A stretch of 32,000 nt of DNA, from assembly GCF_000025685.1 (NCBI RefSeq), contig NC_013967.1, forward strand, positions 2,070,001 through 2,102,000, written 5' to 3'. Both the position numbers and the translations under genes were made by a program. A model generated the notes under the pieces. It was not told where the DNA came from. It worked only from the letters and a program-made list of their open reading frames with translations, and made no database searches. Positions 31,717-32,000 of the stretch are shown here, one piece after another. Origin of the DNA: Haloferax volcanii DS2. Lineage in GTDB: Archaea; Halobacteriota; Halobacteria; Halobacteriales; Haloferacaceae. Within the stretch, counting starts at the first letter, position 1, and every line of letters starts with the position of its first letter.

Positions 31717-32000
31717 TCAGGCGAGTCGCGCGAACGCGAGCGACCCGCTCGTGTTCTTGATGTAGATGCGGACGGTCTGTCCTTCCTGCGCGCCGGGCAC
31801 GAAGATGGTGTACTTCCCGCGCTGGGCGACGCCGTCGCCCTTGCGGCCGGTCCCGGTGATTTCGACCTCGTAGGTGCGACCCTCTTCGACGGCCTCGCGC
31901 TGGCGCTTGTTGCTCACGCTGGAGCGCTTCTGGACCGGGCGGAAGGCACCGCAGGCCTCACAGCGAAGCATGTCGACGCCGTCCTCGGTGACGAGGCGAG
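31717..32000 (-). CDS. C-terminal part of a translation initiation factor aIF-2 beta subunit fused to a TRAM RNA-binding domain (5' end outside the window)
   Basis: The frame stays open to the window edge. The sequence ..RLVTEDGVDMLRCEACGAFRPV is the aIF2-beta zinc-ribbon end. It is followed by the TRAM pattern YEVEITGTGRKGDGVAQRGKYTIFVPGAQEGQTVRIYIKN. Confidence 0.8.
   Translation of the reverse strand, partial: RLVTEDGVDMLRCEACGAFRPVQKRSSVSNKRQREAVEEGRTYEVEITGTGRKGDGVAQRGKYTIFVPGAQEGQTVRIYIKNTSGSLAFARLA

Overview
High-GC, GC3-saturated sequence encoding an acidic proteome. Gene content and a textbook CetZ tubulin-family protein point to a Haloferax-like haloarchaeal chromosome (inferred, no database was searched). 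I can support about 40 protein genes (two of them cut by the window edges), one tRNA-Leu(UAA), several TATA-like promoter elements and one hairpin plus oligo-U terminator. There is no rRNA, CRISPR array, transposase, integrase or obvious provirus, so this reads as core chromosome rather than an accessory island.

Left to right:
- F420 and cytoskeleton genes: cofC, an envelope protein and cetZ, tightly packed.
- An NDUFA9-like NAD-binding protein, tmk, and an orphan 2-oxoacid dehydrogenase E1 alpha.
- trkA flanked by two stand-alone RAM-domain genes.
- A membrane chemoreceptor with a double-Cache-like sensor.
- A frameshifted small gene, tRNA-Leu and a ferredoxin-like gene.
- A soluble chemoreceptor whose C-terminal half is a UgpB-like solute-binding protein.
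- An unusually basic bitopic membrane protein, cyclophilin, and a BASS transporter / DUF2892 / AstE-AspA deacylase cluster.
- A divergent TrpD paralog and a fused AhbA/B-type siroheme decarboxylase.
- A PHP phosphoesterase, an FAD oxidoreductase, and a HAD plus aldo-keto reductase pair.
- A KaiC-like ATPase with a small partner, msrB, and a wHTH plus membrane-protein operon.
- Several small secreted or membrane proteins, a universal stress protein, an acidic HhH protein, and a truncated aIF2-beta-TRAM gene.

The best candidate for something new is the signal-peptide-less MCP::UgpB-like fusion at 12802..15363, a putative cytoplasmic metabolite-sensing chemoreceptor. It shares a perfect 65-bp inverted repeat with the other chemoreceptor gene about 4 kb away. 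Secondary leads are the KaiC-like two-gene module, the cetZ-overlapping envelope gene, the RAM-trkA-RAM arrangement, a frameshift sitting inside a palindrome, and a 330-nt structured intergenic region.

All functional calls come from motif recognition by eye. No searches or computations were run.
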